A program made the position numbers and the translations under genes. A stretch of 64,000 nt of DNA from a bacterium (GTDB lineage: Bacteria > Bacteroidota > Bacteroidia > Bacteroidales > WCHB1-69): contig CAVIJD010000008.1 in NCBI GenBank assembly GCA_963643165.1, positions 4,397 through 68,396 on the forward strand, in the 5' to 3' direction. Below, one piece after another: positions 28,458 to 38,858 of this stretch; position 1 is the stretch's first letter; each line of letters starts with the position of its first letter. Under the pieces are notes generated by a model. That model searched no databases, was not told where the DNA came from, and saw nothing but the letters and a program-made list of their open reading frames with translations.

Positions 28458-29996
28458 ATGAAAATTTTCAGGAAAAGAAACTTATTCATCATAGCCTTGG
28501 CCCTTGCCTTTGCATGCACGGGCTGCCACCATCACCACCACGATGGAGAGGAACACGAACATGAACACGAACACGAACATGGGCACGGGCACGACCACGA
28601 AACCTGCCTGCAACTGACCGCCTACGGCAACCATTGGGAAGTTTATGCCGAGGCACACCCCTTTGTGACAGGCCACGCCTCCGAACTGCGGGCACACGTC
28701 ACAGACCTCAACACGTTCAAGCCCCGCAAGGAGGGCCGCGTCACAGCCATCCTCACCATCGGCGGACAGTCGGTAACACAGGCCATTGACACCCCCAGCA
28801 CGCCGGGCATCTACGAGTTTGCGCTGATGCCCAAACAGCAAGGCCACGGCTCACTGCTCTTTATCATTGACGGCGACACGCTGGCCGTCAACAACATACA
28901 AGCCTACGGCGAGGAAGAAGCCGCACTCGAAGCCGCCGAGGAGGTGCAAGTAAAGAGCGATGCCGGCGCCACATTCACCAAAGAGCAGAGTTGGAAGGTT
29001 GACTTTGCCACGGAGCCGTGCCGTCAGGAGCCTTTCGGCCAGGTCATCAAGACGGTGGCGCAGGTAATGCCGTCGCAGGGCGACGAGCAGGTGGTAACCG
29101 CCCACACCTCGGGCATTGTGCTGCCGCACAGCCGCGACCTGGTACAGGGCAAGGCGGTGAGCAAAGGCCAGACGCTCTTCACCATCGAGAGCGGCGACAT
29201 GATTGACAACAACCTCAGCGTGCGCTACCAAGAGGCCGCCGCCGAGTACGAACAGGCCAAAAGCGAGTACGAACGCAAAAAGGAACTGAACCGCGACAAG
29301 ATTGTCTCCGACGGCGAGCTGGCCCGCGCCAAGTCGGCCTACGAGAAAGCCGCCGCCCTCTACGAGAGCTGCCGCAACGTGTTCAAGGGCGGCAACCTGA
29401 CCATCAAAGCCCCGTTGGGCGGCTACATCCGGCAACTTTACGTGCAGCCCGGGCAGTTTGTAGAGGCGGGGCAGCCGCTGGCTACCGTGGCACAGAACCG
29501 CAGCCTCACCGTCCGCGCCGACGTGCAACCCAAGTATTACCCGTGGCTCGCACAGATTGAGACCGCCAACTTCCGCAGCATCAACGGCAAGCAGACCTAC
29601 TCGCTGGACGACCTGAAGGGCAAGGTGCTCTCGTACGGCAAGGCCACAGGCGAGACTAACGCCTTAGTGCCCGTGCTGTTTCAACTTGACAACCCGCAGG
29701 AATTCATCCCCGGCACCTTTGTGGAGACCTACATCAAGACCCGCTCCGCAGGCACGGCCGTCACCGTGCCCAACACCGCCCTCACGGAAGAGATGGGCAA
29801 CTGCTTCGTTTATGTGCAGTTGACCCCCGAATGCTTCGAAAAGCGGGCTGTCAGCACCGGCGCCACCGACGGCTTACGCACGGCAATAACCTCGGGGCTC
29901 GAGGGCAGCGAACGCATCGTGGCCAAGGGCGCCATCTTTGTAAAACTGGCCCAGGCTTCGGGCAAACTGGACGCCCACTCGGGGCACCATCACTGA
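28458..29996 (+). CDS. Efflux RND periplasmic adaptor subunit (CzcB/CusB-like) with His-rich N- and C-termini
   Basis: Lipoprotein signal MKIFRKRNLFIIALALAFACTGC, then HHHHHDGEEHEHEHEHEHGHGHDHE. The body has an adaptor-type coiled-coil hairpin (YQEAAAEYEQAKSEYERKKEL...ARAKSAYEKAAALYE). The C-terminus is HSGHHH. Confidence 0.85.
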   Translation: MKIFRKRNLFIIALALAFACTGCHHHHHDGEEHEHEHEHEHGHGHDHETCLQLTAYGNHWEVYAEAHPFVTGHASELRAHVTDLNTFKPRKEGRVTAILTIGGQSVTQAIDTPSTPGIYEFALMPKQQGHGSLLFIIDGDTLAVNNIQAYGEEEAALEAAEEVQVKSDAGATFTKEQSWKVDFATEPCRQEPFGQVIKTVAQVMPSQGDEQVVTAHTSGIVLPHSRDLVQGKAVSKGQTLFTIESGDMIDNNLSVRYQEAAAEYEQAKSEYERKKELNRDKIVSDGELARAKSAYEKAAALYESCRNVFKGGNLTIKAPLGGYIRQLYVQPGQFVEAGQPLATVAQNRSLTVRADVQPKYYPWLAQIETANFRSINGKQTYSLDDLKGKVLSYGKATGETNALVPVLFQLDNPQEFIPGTFVETYIKTRSAGTAVTVPNTALTEEMGNCFVYVQLTPECFEKRAVSTGATDGLRTAITSGLEGSERIVAKGAIFVKLAQASGKLDAHSGHHH

Positions 29997-30011
29997 AAAG
30001 GAGGCTGAAAG

Positions 30012-33000
30012 ATGAAATTCATAGACAAAATCATTCGATTCTCACTCCAGAACCGCCTGTTAGTGCTATTAGGGGCGGTGCTGGTAATGTTTGGCGGCAT
30101 CTACTCCGCCAACAAGATGGACATTGACGTCTTTCCGGACCTCACCGCCCCCACGGTGGTGGTGATGACCGATGCGCACGGCATGGCCGCCGAAGAGGTG
30201 GAACGGCTCGTCACCTTCCCCATAGAGACGGCCGTGAACGGCGCCACCAACGTGCGCCGTGTACGCTCCAACTCCACCACGGGATTCTCGTTCGTATGGG
30301 TGGAATTCGACTGGGGCATGGACATCTTCAAGGCCCGGCAGATTGTGAGCGAGAAGATGGTGTCCATAGGAGAAATGCTGCCCGAGGGCATCGCGCCCGT
30401 GTTGGCTCCGCAGTCGAGCATCATGGGCGAGATCCTGTTCATCGGCATGCAGGCCGACAGCACCTCGATGATGGACCTCCGCACCCTGGCCGAGTGGGTG
30501 GTCAAACCCACCATCCTCGCCACTGGCGGCGTGTCGCAAGTTACCGTGCTGGGCGGCGACTACAAACAGTACCACATCCTCGCCGACCCCTACCGCATGC
30601 AACGCTACGGCGTGACGATGGACGAACTGGAGGAGGTGGGCAAGAGCTTCAGCAACAACTCCGCCGGCGGCATCATCAACGACTACGGCAACGAGTACGC
30701 CCTCCGCGGCATGGCCCGCACCGCTGACATCGACGAACTGGGCAGGTCGTACCTCAAGACCCTCAACGGCTCGCCCGTGGTGCTCTCCGACGTGGCCGAT
30801 GTCACGATAGGCTCGGCACAAAAACTGGGCACGGGCTCCCGCAACGGCAAGCCCGCCATCATCATCTCCGTATCCAAACAGCCGAACATCAACACGCTGA
30901 AAGTGACCGAAAGCATCGAAAAGAACATCCAAGAGGTGCAGAAGTCGCTGCCCGCCGACGTACACATCGACACACACATCTTCCGGCAGGCCGACTTCAT
31001 CGAGGCCTCCGTCAGCAACGTGGGGCGCGCGCTGCTCGAAGGCGCCCTGTTTGTCATCATCGTGCTGTTTCTCTTCCTGGGCAACTTCCGCACCACACTG
31101 ATTTCCGTCGTGGCCATCCCGATATCGTTGTTAGGCACCATCATTGTGCTGCACCTGCTCGGCATGGACATCAACACCATGACCTTAGGCGGCATGTGCA
31201 TAGCCATAGGCTCCTTGGTTGACGACGCCATCATCGACGTGGAGAACGTCTATAAGCGGCTTCGCGAGAACCACCGCCTGCCCGAGGGCGACCGCCGTTC
31301 CACCTTTGAAGTGGTGTTTGAGGCCTCACGCGAGATCCGCGCCTCCATCATCAACGCCACCCTCATCATCATGGTGGCCTTTGTGCCCTTGTTCTTCTTG
31401 TCGGGCATGGAAGGCCGGCTGCTCATACCGCTGGGCATCACCTACATCATCGCCCTGTTCATGTCGCTGCTCGTAGCCATGACCCTCACGCCGCTGCTTT
31501 GCAAGCTGTTGCTCACCAACGAGCACTACCTGCTCAAGAACGAGCGGGAGAGCCGGCTGGCGCAATGGCTTTCGGCCCGCTACCGCAAGACGCTGGCTTG
31601 GGTGTTGGAGCACACACGCCCGATGCTCGCCGGCACCGGGATGCTGCTGGTCGGCGCCATCGTCGCCTTTTTCCTGATGGGGCGCAGTTTCCTGCCCGAC
31701 TTCAACGAGGGCTCGATGACCATCTCGGCCGTCACGCAGCCCGGGGTCTCGCTGGAGGTGAGCGACCATTTAGGCAGCCTAATGGAAGAGGCCCTGCTGG
31801 AAATCCCCGAGGTGAACAGCACGGCACGGCGCACGGGACGCGGCGACCTGGACGAACATTCGCAGTCAACCAACGGTTGTGAGATTGACGTGAACTTCAC
31901 CCTCGGCAAGCGTTCGCGCGAGGAGCTGTTCAACGATGCCCGCGAGCGGCTCAATGCCATCCCCGGCGTGGCGGTCACCATAGGGCAGCCGCTCGGCCAC
32001 CGCATCGACCACATGCTCTCGGGCACGCGCGCCGCCATCGCCATCAAGCTCTTCGGCACCGACCTGAGCCAGATGTACGCCATAGGCAACGACATCAAGC
32101 ACGCCGTTCAAGGCATTGAGGGACTTGTTGACGTGAGCGTAGAGCAGCAGACCGAGACACCGCAACTGCAAGTGCGCGCCAACCGCGACGCCCTTGCCCG
32201 CTACGGCATCCCCATTGAGGAGTTCAACCACTTCATAGAACTGGCATTCTCGGGCGAGAAAATCGCCGACATCTACGAGGGACAACGCAGCTTTGACGTA
32301 GTGTTGCGGCTGCCCGATGAGTACCGCGACATCGAGGGGGTGCGCAAAGCCCTGATTGACACTAAGGAGGGCGGCAAAGTTCCGCTCGAAGAGGTGGCGG
32401 AAGTGGTGTCTGCCGCCGGCCCCAACAACATCAGCCGCGAGAACGTGCAACGCAAACTGGTGGTTTCCGCCAACGTCTCCGGCCGTGATGTCGGCAGCGT
32501 AGTCGATGACATCCGCAAAACCGTGGACCAGCAGATCAAGTTGCCCGAGGGCTACCGCATCGAGTACGGCGGGCAGTTTGAGAGCGCGCAGCGTGCCTCC
32601 CGCACCCTGACCTTGGCGACCATCATCTCCATATTCGTGATATTCCTGCTGTTGTACGGCGAGTTCAAGAATGTGAAACTCTCCGCCATGATCCTCGTCA
32701 ACCTGCCGTTGGCCATGATCGGCGGCGTGTTTGCCGTGGCTGTCTCCTCGCAGACCGTCAGCATCCCCTCCATCATCGGGTTCATCACGCTGTTCGGCAT
32801 CGCGGTGCGCAACGGCGTGCTGTTAGTCTCGCGCTACGAGCACCTGCAACGCGACGGGATGCCCTTGCGCCAAACTGTCGTCGAGGGCTCTGTTGACCGG
32901 CTAAACCCAATCTTGATGACCGCACTCACCTCCGCGTTGGCCCTCATCCCGCTGATTTTCAACGGCGACAAGTCGGGCAACGAAATCCAAAGTCCTATGG

Positions 33001-33122
33001 CGGTGGTAGTGCTCGGCGGCCTGGTCACCTCAACGCTGCTCAACCTCTATATCATGCCTATCATGTACGAATGGTACCGGAAGAGATTCCCCCATGCGGG
33101 CAAGAGCGGCAATGCCGAATAG
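30012..33122 (+). CDS. CusA/CzcA-family heavy-metal efflux RND transporter
   Basis: 1036 aa with a 12-TM RND layout and two large periplasmic loops. The TM4 segment AIGSLVDDAIIDVENV is typical of HME-RND pumps. Confidence 0.9.
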   Translation: MKFIDKIIRFSLQNRLLVLLGAVLVMFGGIYSANKMDIDVFPDLTAPTVVVMTDAHGMAAEEVERLVTFPIETAVNGATNVRRVRSNSTTGFSFVWVEFDWGMDIFKARQIVSEKMVSIGEMLPEGIAPVLAPQSSIMGEILFIGMQADSTSMMDLRTLAEWVVKPTILATGGVSQVTVLGGDYKQYHILADPYRMQRYGVTMDELEEVGKSFSNNSAGGIINDYGNEYALRGMARTADIDELGRSYLKTLNGSPVVLSDVADVTIGSAQKLGTGSRNGKPAIIISVSKQPNINTLKVTESIEKNIQEVQKSLPADVHIDTHIFRQADFIEASVSNVGRALLEGALFVIIVLFLFLGNFRTTLISVVAIPISLLGTIIVLHLLGMDINTMTLGGMCIAIGSLVDDAIIDVENVYKRLRENHRLPEGDRRSTFEVVFEASREIRASIINATLIIMVAFVPLFFLSGMEGRLLIPLGITYIIALFMSLLVAMTLTPLLCKLLLTNEHYLLKNERESRLAQWLSARYRKTLAWVLEHTRPMLAGTGMLLVGAIVAFFLMGRSFLPDFNEGSMTISAVTQPGVSLEVSDHLGSLMEEALLEIPEVNSTARRTGRGDLDEHSQSTNGCEIDVNFTLGKRSREELFNDARERLNAIPGVAVTIGQPLGHRIDHMLSGTRAAIAIKLFGTDLSQMYAIGNDIKHAVQGIEGLVDVSVEQQTETPQLQVRANRDALARYGIPIEEFNHFIELAFSGEKIADIYEGQRSFDVVLRLPDEYRDIEGVRKALIDTKEGGKVPLEEVAEVVSAAGPNNISRENVQRKLVVSANVSGRDVGSVVDDIRKTVDQQIKLPEGYRIEYGGQFESAQRASRTLTLATIISIFVIFLLLYGEFKNVKLSAMILVNLPLAMIGGVFAVAVSSQTVSIPSIIGFITLFGIAVRNGVLLVSRYEHLQRDGMPLRQTVVEGSVDRLNPILMTALTSALALIPLIFNGDKSGNEIQSPMAVVVLGGLVTSTLLNLYIMPIMYEWYRKRFPHAGKSGNAE

Positions 33123-33126
33123 CCAT

Positions 33127-33171
33127 GAGGTTCTGCCGTCAACGGCGGCAGAACCTCTATTATCATTTTTT
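33127..33171 (+). terminator. Intrinsic-terminator-like hairpin between the RND pump and outer-membrane factor genes
   Basis: Perfect 12-bp stem (33127-33138 GAGGTTCTGCCG / 33146-33157 CGGCAGAACCTC) with a 7-nt loop, followed by TATTATCATTTTTT. Confidence 0.6.
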
Positions 33172-33191
33172 ACAATATAATATCAGAGACA

Positions 33192-34376
33192 ATGACAAAA
33201 AACAAATTCATCCTCATATTAGCCTTGTTGTCCGCTTCCACCTTAGGGCAGGCGCAGAACTATGATGCCGTATTGCGCAACATTGAAGCCAACAACACCG
33301 AATTGAAAACCCTGCGCGCAAAGACCGACGCCGCAAAGACTGCCTGCCGCACAGGCATCCTGCCCGACAACCCCGAAGTGGAATTCGGGTACTTGTGGGG
33401 CTCGCCGCAGTCGGAGGGCAGCCGCATCGACTTCAACGTGACGCAGAGCCTCGACTTTCCCACCACCTACGTTTACCGCGACAAGCTGGCCGATGCCGAA
33501 GCGCAGGAAGCAGAGTTGCGCTATGCCACAGCGCACAAGGACTTGTTGGCGGAGGTGCGCCAACACTGCATCCGGCTCATCTATTGCAACATTCTGCAAA
33601 AAGAAAACGAATATCATGTAAAAACCGCCCAAGCCATTCAAGATGCCTACCAGCGGATGTATGACAATGGCGAAAAGAGCATCCTGGACCTCAACAAGGC
33701 GCGCCTCGAGTTGCTCTCTGCCCGCAAAGAGCTGGAGAACAACCGGGTAGAGCAAGAGACCTTATTGGGCGAACTGATGCAGATGAACGGCGGCCAGCCC
33801 GTCGTGTTGCCCGACACCGTCTATCCCATCGTACCCGTCACCGAGCCTTTCGACGACTGGTACAAACGCATTGAGCCGCTCAACCCGTCGCTGCAGCAAC
33901 TTGAGGCACAGCAGCATGCCAACCGGCGGCGCATACAGTTGAGCAAGTCGCTTTGGGCACCGGGGCTGTCGGTAGGCTACAAGAGCGAACGCACGCCCGG
34001 GGCGGTGCTGCAAGGCATCGGGGTCGGCATCTCGCTGCCCTTGTGGAGCAACAGCCGGAGCATAAAAAGTGCCATGGCCGAGAAAACCGCCTTGCAGTCG
34101 GAGGCCTTTGACCTGCGGACGCAGTACTACAGCAGTCTGAAGAGCAAGTACCGCGAGACAGAACGTCTGAAAGGGCTGCTGGACGAGTACCGCGCCACCC
34201 TCTCCTCGTTGAACACAGACGCCTTGCTGCTCAAAGCCTTGGAGCAGGGCGAGATCTCGCTCATCGACTACATCTTGGAACGCCGGATATACCGCGAGGC
34301 GCTGCACGAAGCCTACGACACGGAATATGCCCTGCAGAAAGCGCTCGTCGAGCTGACAGTGTATGCAGAGGAGTAA
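33192..34376 (+). CDS. TolC-family outer-membrane efflux protein (CzcC-like)
   Basis: 394 aa with signal peptide MTKNKFILILALLSASTLGQA. Two-fold repeated alpha-helical OEP-type sequence. Last gene of the efflux operon. Confidence 0.8.
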   Translation: MTKNKFILILALLSASTLGQAQNYDAVLRNIEANNTELKTLRAKTDAAKTACRTGILPDNPEVEFGYLWGSPQSEGSRIDFNVTQSLDFPTTYVYRDKLADAEAQEAELRYATAHKDLLAEVRQHCIRLIYCNILQKENEYHVKTAQAIQDAYQRMYDNGEKSILDLNKARLELLSARKELENNRVEQETLLGELMQMNGGQPVVLPDTVYPIVPVTEPFDDWYKRIEPLNPSLQQLEAQQHANRRRIQLSKSLWAPGLSVGYKSERTPGAVLQGIGVGISLPLWSNSRSIKSAMAEKTALQSEAFDLRTQYYSSLKSKYRETERLKGLLDEYRATLSSLNTDALLLKALEQGEISLIDYILERRIYREALHEAYDTEYALQKALVELTVYAEE

Positions 34377-34480
34377 AAGGACATGGCTACCTAACGGACG
34401 AGCCAACTGATTGCAGCTGGAGTGTCTTAGACAGTCTCAGAATGGACCATAACCTTGTGAATTTGGAAAATGCAACAACA

Positions 34481-34510
34481 GGCGTAACGCCTCTAAATTC
34501 TACATACTGA
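34481..34510 (-). repeat. Heptad repeat element, copy 4 (GGCGTAACGCCTCTAAATTCTACATACTGA)
   Basis: Shares GCGTAACGCCTCTA...AATTC with 46194-46219 and 27803-27825. Lies between convergent genes. Confidence 0.6.
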
Positions 34511-34512
34511 AT

Positions 34513-36036
34513 TCATTTTCCTGCGGCAGCCGACACCCTTTTCCTCAATTGTATCCTCATCACGGTGCCTTTGTCGGGGGCGGAACTCTTGACAAAGAGT
34601 TTGCCTTTGTGGTATTCGCGGATGATGCGCCGGGCGAGCGTCAGACCGAGTCCCCAGCCGCGGCTCTTGGAGGTGTATCCGGGCATGAAGATGCGCTTCT
34701 GCATACGGTAAGGGATGCCCTTGCCCGTGTCGGCGATGTCAACGTTCACTTTGTCTTTCTCCTCTGTGATGCTGATGGTTATCGAGCCTTTGCCCTCCAT
34801 GGCGTCAACCGCATTCTTGCAGATATTCTCTATCACCCACTCAAAAAGGTAGCGGTTCAGCGAGAGGGTCAGATGTTCCTGCTCCGACTGCACCGTAATC
34901 TTGACCATGGATGGCACACGCGACTGCAGATAGGCCACAAACTCCTTTATCACTTCAACCAAGTCTTGCGGTTCTAACACCGGCACAGAACCAATTTTGG
35001 AAAAACGTTGCGCTATCGTTTCAAGGCGGTGTACGTCCTTGCCGATCTCGGTGGGCACCGACTGTTCTATGGGCATCTCCTTCAGCAACTCAGTCCACGC
35101 CATCAGCGACGAGATGGGCGTGCCCAATTGGTGCGCCGTCTCCTTAGACATGCCCACCCAGATGCGGTTTTGTTCCGACTTGCGCGACGTGCTGAACAGC
35201 AACCAGGCCACAATGATGAAGATGACAATGAACCCCAACTCGATAAAGGGGAACATGCGCAGCTGTTTCAGCACCGACGACTCTTCGTAATAGACATAGC
35301 AGGTGCCGTGGTCGAGCAGGTTGAGTACAATCGGGGCATTCTCGCCTTTCATCTTCTCAAGCCGTTCGGCGAGTCGCGTCGGGTCAGCGATGACGGACGA
35401 GTCGATATTGCCCGTATTGATGACATTGCGGCGCGTGCTGTCGGTGATGATGACCGGCGCGGAGGCGGAATTGATGACCGTTTCCTGGAAGAACGACTGG
35501 ATGAGATTGTCGATGACGACGTGGAGTTTGCCATAGATGGGCGACTCCTGATAGTAGAACGTCACGTACCGGTTTTCGAGGTAAGGGACGCTCTGGCTGG
35601 AATAGAGCTCGATGTCGCTGCCCATTTCGCTGATGTTCCTCATGCGGGCTATGCTGTCGGGCACATTGATGGAAGCGTCGATCGTGCCGCCCTGGCTAGT
35701 GATAATCAGCGGCACCGTCTTGTTTGACGAGATAATCTCATTATAGAAAGTGAGATCCTCATCCAGTGGCGCCTCAATGATCTTCTTCACCGTAGTGGCG
35801 AGTATTCTGGCGTGGTTGTCCTCTTCAATCTTGATAGAATTGAAGAAATGTTCGGTTTCGTTTACGATTTGCGCCTTATAGGAGATGGCGCCGGCCCATA
35901 TCTCCATCCGTTTGCGCTCCTCCTGCGCTATGTTGTTCACCAATTTGTTGGCATAGAAGATAATCACCACATACACCACGGCCGCCGATATGAAGAGCAG
36001 CCATTTGAGTTGCGTGCTATGGTCATTCCTTCTCAT
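34513..36036 (-). CDS. Sensor histidine kinase (two TM segments, extracytoplasmic sensor region)
   Basis: H-box ETAHQLGTPISSL, N-box NICKNAVDA, G1 DTGKGI, G2 GWGLGLTLAR. No response regulator gene is adjacent. Confidence 0.85.
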   Translation of the reverse strand: MRRNDHSTQLKWLLFISAAVVYVVIIFYANKLVNNIAQEERKRMEIWAGAISYKAQIVNETEHFFNSIKIEEDNHARILATTVKKIIEAPLDEDLTFYNEIISSNKTVPLIITSQGGTIDASINVPDSIARMRNISEMGSDIELYSSQSVPYLENRYVTFYYQESPIYGKLHVVIDNLIQSFFQETVINSASAPVIITDSTRRNVINTGNIDSSVIADPTRLAERLEKMKGENAPIVLNLLDHGTCYVYYEESSVLKQLRMFPFIELGFIVIFIIVAWLLFSTSRKSEQNRIWVGMSKETAHQLGTPISSLMAWTELLKEMPIEQSVPTEIGKDVHRLETIAQRFSKIGSVPVLEPQDLVEVIKEFVAYLQSRVPSMVKITVQSEQEHLTLSLNRYLFEWVIENICKNAVDAMEGKGSITISITEEKDKVNVDIADTGKGIPYRMQKRIFMPGYTSKSRGWGLGLTLARRIIREYHKGKLFVKSSAPDKGTVMRIQLRKRVSAAAGK

Positions 36037-36045
36037 AGCGAAGGC

Positions 36046-37026
<981 letters not shown>

Positions 37027-37041
37027 GTTTCATTTCATTTA

Positions 37042-38394
37042 TCAGGGGATCTGCCATTTCGTCACAAACGGGCACTCCCTGTACTGGTTATTCAATTTAA
37101 TATTAGTCACTTTCACTTTATCGAGCACCCATTTCTGGAGGGCGTCGTATTTTTTCTCCTCGAGGGCGGCGTTCTTTATAAGGTCATAGTCTTCCACAAT
37201 ATTGGCCTTGTGTTCAGCCACCTTCTCTTTGAGGTAGATAAGTCGGTAGGCCATCACGCCGTCGTCATTGACAAACGGCACGCACTCGGAATACTCGCCG
37301 GGAATCAGTTTGGCGACGGTAGCGTAGGTGGCGTCATCCATCGACTGTCTGTCGAAGCTGAAAGAGTTGGTATATTGGTTCACCACCATGCCGCCGCTCG
37401 TCTTCGTAGTGCCGTCGGAGAAGCGTTTGGCGGCCTCTTCGAGCCCAAGGTGCTCATTGACAATAATTTTCCTCACGCTGTCGAGATAGGTGATAGCCTT
37501 AACCTGCTCATCGGTAGAGGGTTTAGGTTGAATGAGGATATGGGCGCAATGGATAGACTCGCCGCGGCGTTCAATGAGTTGGATGATATGATAGCCGGCG
37601 CGTGTCTTCACCACTTGGGAGACCTCGCCCGACTTGAGGTTGAAGGCCACGGCCTCAAATTCGGGATAGAGGGAGCCGCGTTCCACGAAGCCGAGGTCGC
37701 CGCCCTTGGAGGCGCTGCCCGGGTCGTCGGAATAGAGGCGTGCCAGCATCGAGAACTTCTCGCCGCGGAGCACTCGCTCGCGGTAATCGTTGAGCCGCGA
37801 CTTCACCGACTCGGTTTCGGCGTCGCTCACGGGCGGGATCTTCACCACCTCGCCAAACTGGTACGAAGTGGGCACGATCGGCATGCTGTCGCTGTTCATC
37901 CGGGCGGCGAACTGCTTCACCTCGGAGGGCGTCACCGTGATGCTGCCCGTAATCTTCGACTGCACCTGCTCGATGAGGGCCTGCTCATACATCATCTCCC
38001 GCAGGTCCTTCTTAATCTCCGTCATCGACTTCTTGAAATACTCCTCAATATATTTGGTATTGCCGCCCACTTGTTGCAAAAAGTAAGAGAGGCGGGCATT
38101 GATGCGGTAGTCAATCTCCTCGTCGGTAACCTCAATGCTGTCGAGCTGGGCCTGATTGACCATCAACTTGTTGAACATCAACGTCTCAAGAATATAGCAA
38201 CGGGTGTCGTCCGGGTCTTCCACCGTGTTGAACTGCGCCGTATAGTCAAGATAATGCTTCTCGAGGTCTGACCTCATGATGATGTCCTTGCCGATAACCG
38301 CCACGATGCCGTCAACGGGCACGCCGGTTTGGGCGAACGAAACAAGGCTGAACAAAGTCAGCAGGGCCGTAGTTATATTTCTTTTCATCCTCAC
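37042..38394 (-). CDS. Periplasmic peptidylprolyl isomerase (SurA-like, parvulin type)
   Basis: Signal peptide MRMKRNITTALLTLFSLVSFAQ. Parvulin domain GGDLGFVERGSLYPEFEAVAFNLKSGEVSQVVKTRAGYHIIQL. Confidence 0.8.
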   Translation of the reverse strand: MRMKRNITTALLTLFSLVSFAQTGVPVDGIVAVIGKDIIMRSDLEKHYLDYTAQFNTVEDPDDTRCYILETLMFNKLMVNQAQLDSIEVTDEEIDYRINARLSYFLQQVGGNTKYIEEYFKKSMTEIKKDLREMMYEQALIEQVQSKITGSITVTPSEVKQFAARMNSDSMPIVPTSYQFGEVVKIPPVSDAETESVKSRLNDYRERVLRGEKFSMLARLYSDDPGSASKGGDLGFVERGSLYPEFEAVAFNLKSGEVSQVVKTRAGYHIIQLIERRGESIHCAHILIQPKPSTDEQVKAITYLDSVRKIIVNEHLGLEEAAKRFSDGTTKTSGGMVVNQYTNSFSFDRQSMDDATYATVAKLIPGEYSECVPFVNDDGVMAYRLIYLKEKVAEHKANIVEDYDLIKNAALEEKKYDALQKWVLDKVKVTNIKLNNQYRECPFVTKWQIP

Positions 38395-38469
38395 TGTTCT
38401 AATTTAATAGCTGCTTTTCCTGTTGCGGAACGGGCAGAACCGTTTAAAAAATTGTGGGGGCGAAAATAC

Positions 38470-38495
38470 AAAAAAAAAGAAGACAGCCGCCTTCT
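38470..38495 (-). terminator. Possible weak terminator after rpmH
   Basis: On the minus strand, a 5-bp stem AGAAG/CTTCT is followed by a T9 run (A-run 38470-38478 on the plus strand). The stem is short. Confidence 0.3.
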
Positions 38496-38528
38496 TTTTC
38501 TTGTGTTGATGCAATGGTTTCGTCCAAC

Positions 38529-38687
38529 TTATTTTCTTCCAAGACTTTCGTCGGAAACGGTGAGTTTCTTTCTCCCTTTTGCTCTGCGGGCAGCCAGCAC
38601 GCGACGACCGTTTGCGGTGGACATTCTCTCTCTGAAACCATGCTTGTTTCTGCGTCTCTCGTTAGAGGGTTGATATGTTCTTTTCAT
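38529..38687 (-). CDS. rpmH: 50S ribosomal protein L34
   Basis: Not in the ORF track (52 aa). Minus-strand translation: [52 protein letters not shown], the canonical L34 sequence pattern. Confidence 0.93.
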   Translation of the reverse strand: MKRTYQPSNERRRNKHGFRERMSTANGRRVLAARRAKGRKKLTVSDESLGRK

Positions 38688-38858
38688 CTCTACTTTTATT
38701 TATTTTTCCAACATTTTTTCAAGGCTGCAAAAGTACACTTTTTTCTGATACCTCCGACCGCAAAATAAATTTTGGTCATTAAAAATGCAAAGCGGCCTAT
38801 CTGCGATTTTTTTGCTATTATTGCTTTCCCGTTTTTAAAACCCAATAAATTAACGCGT

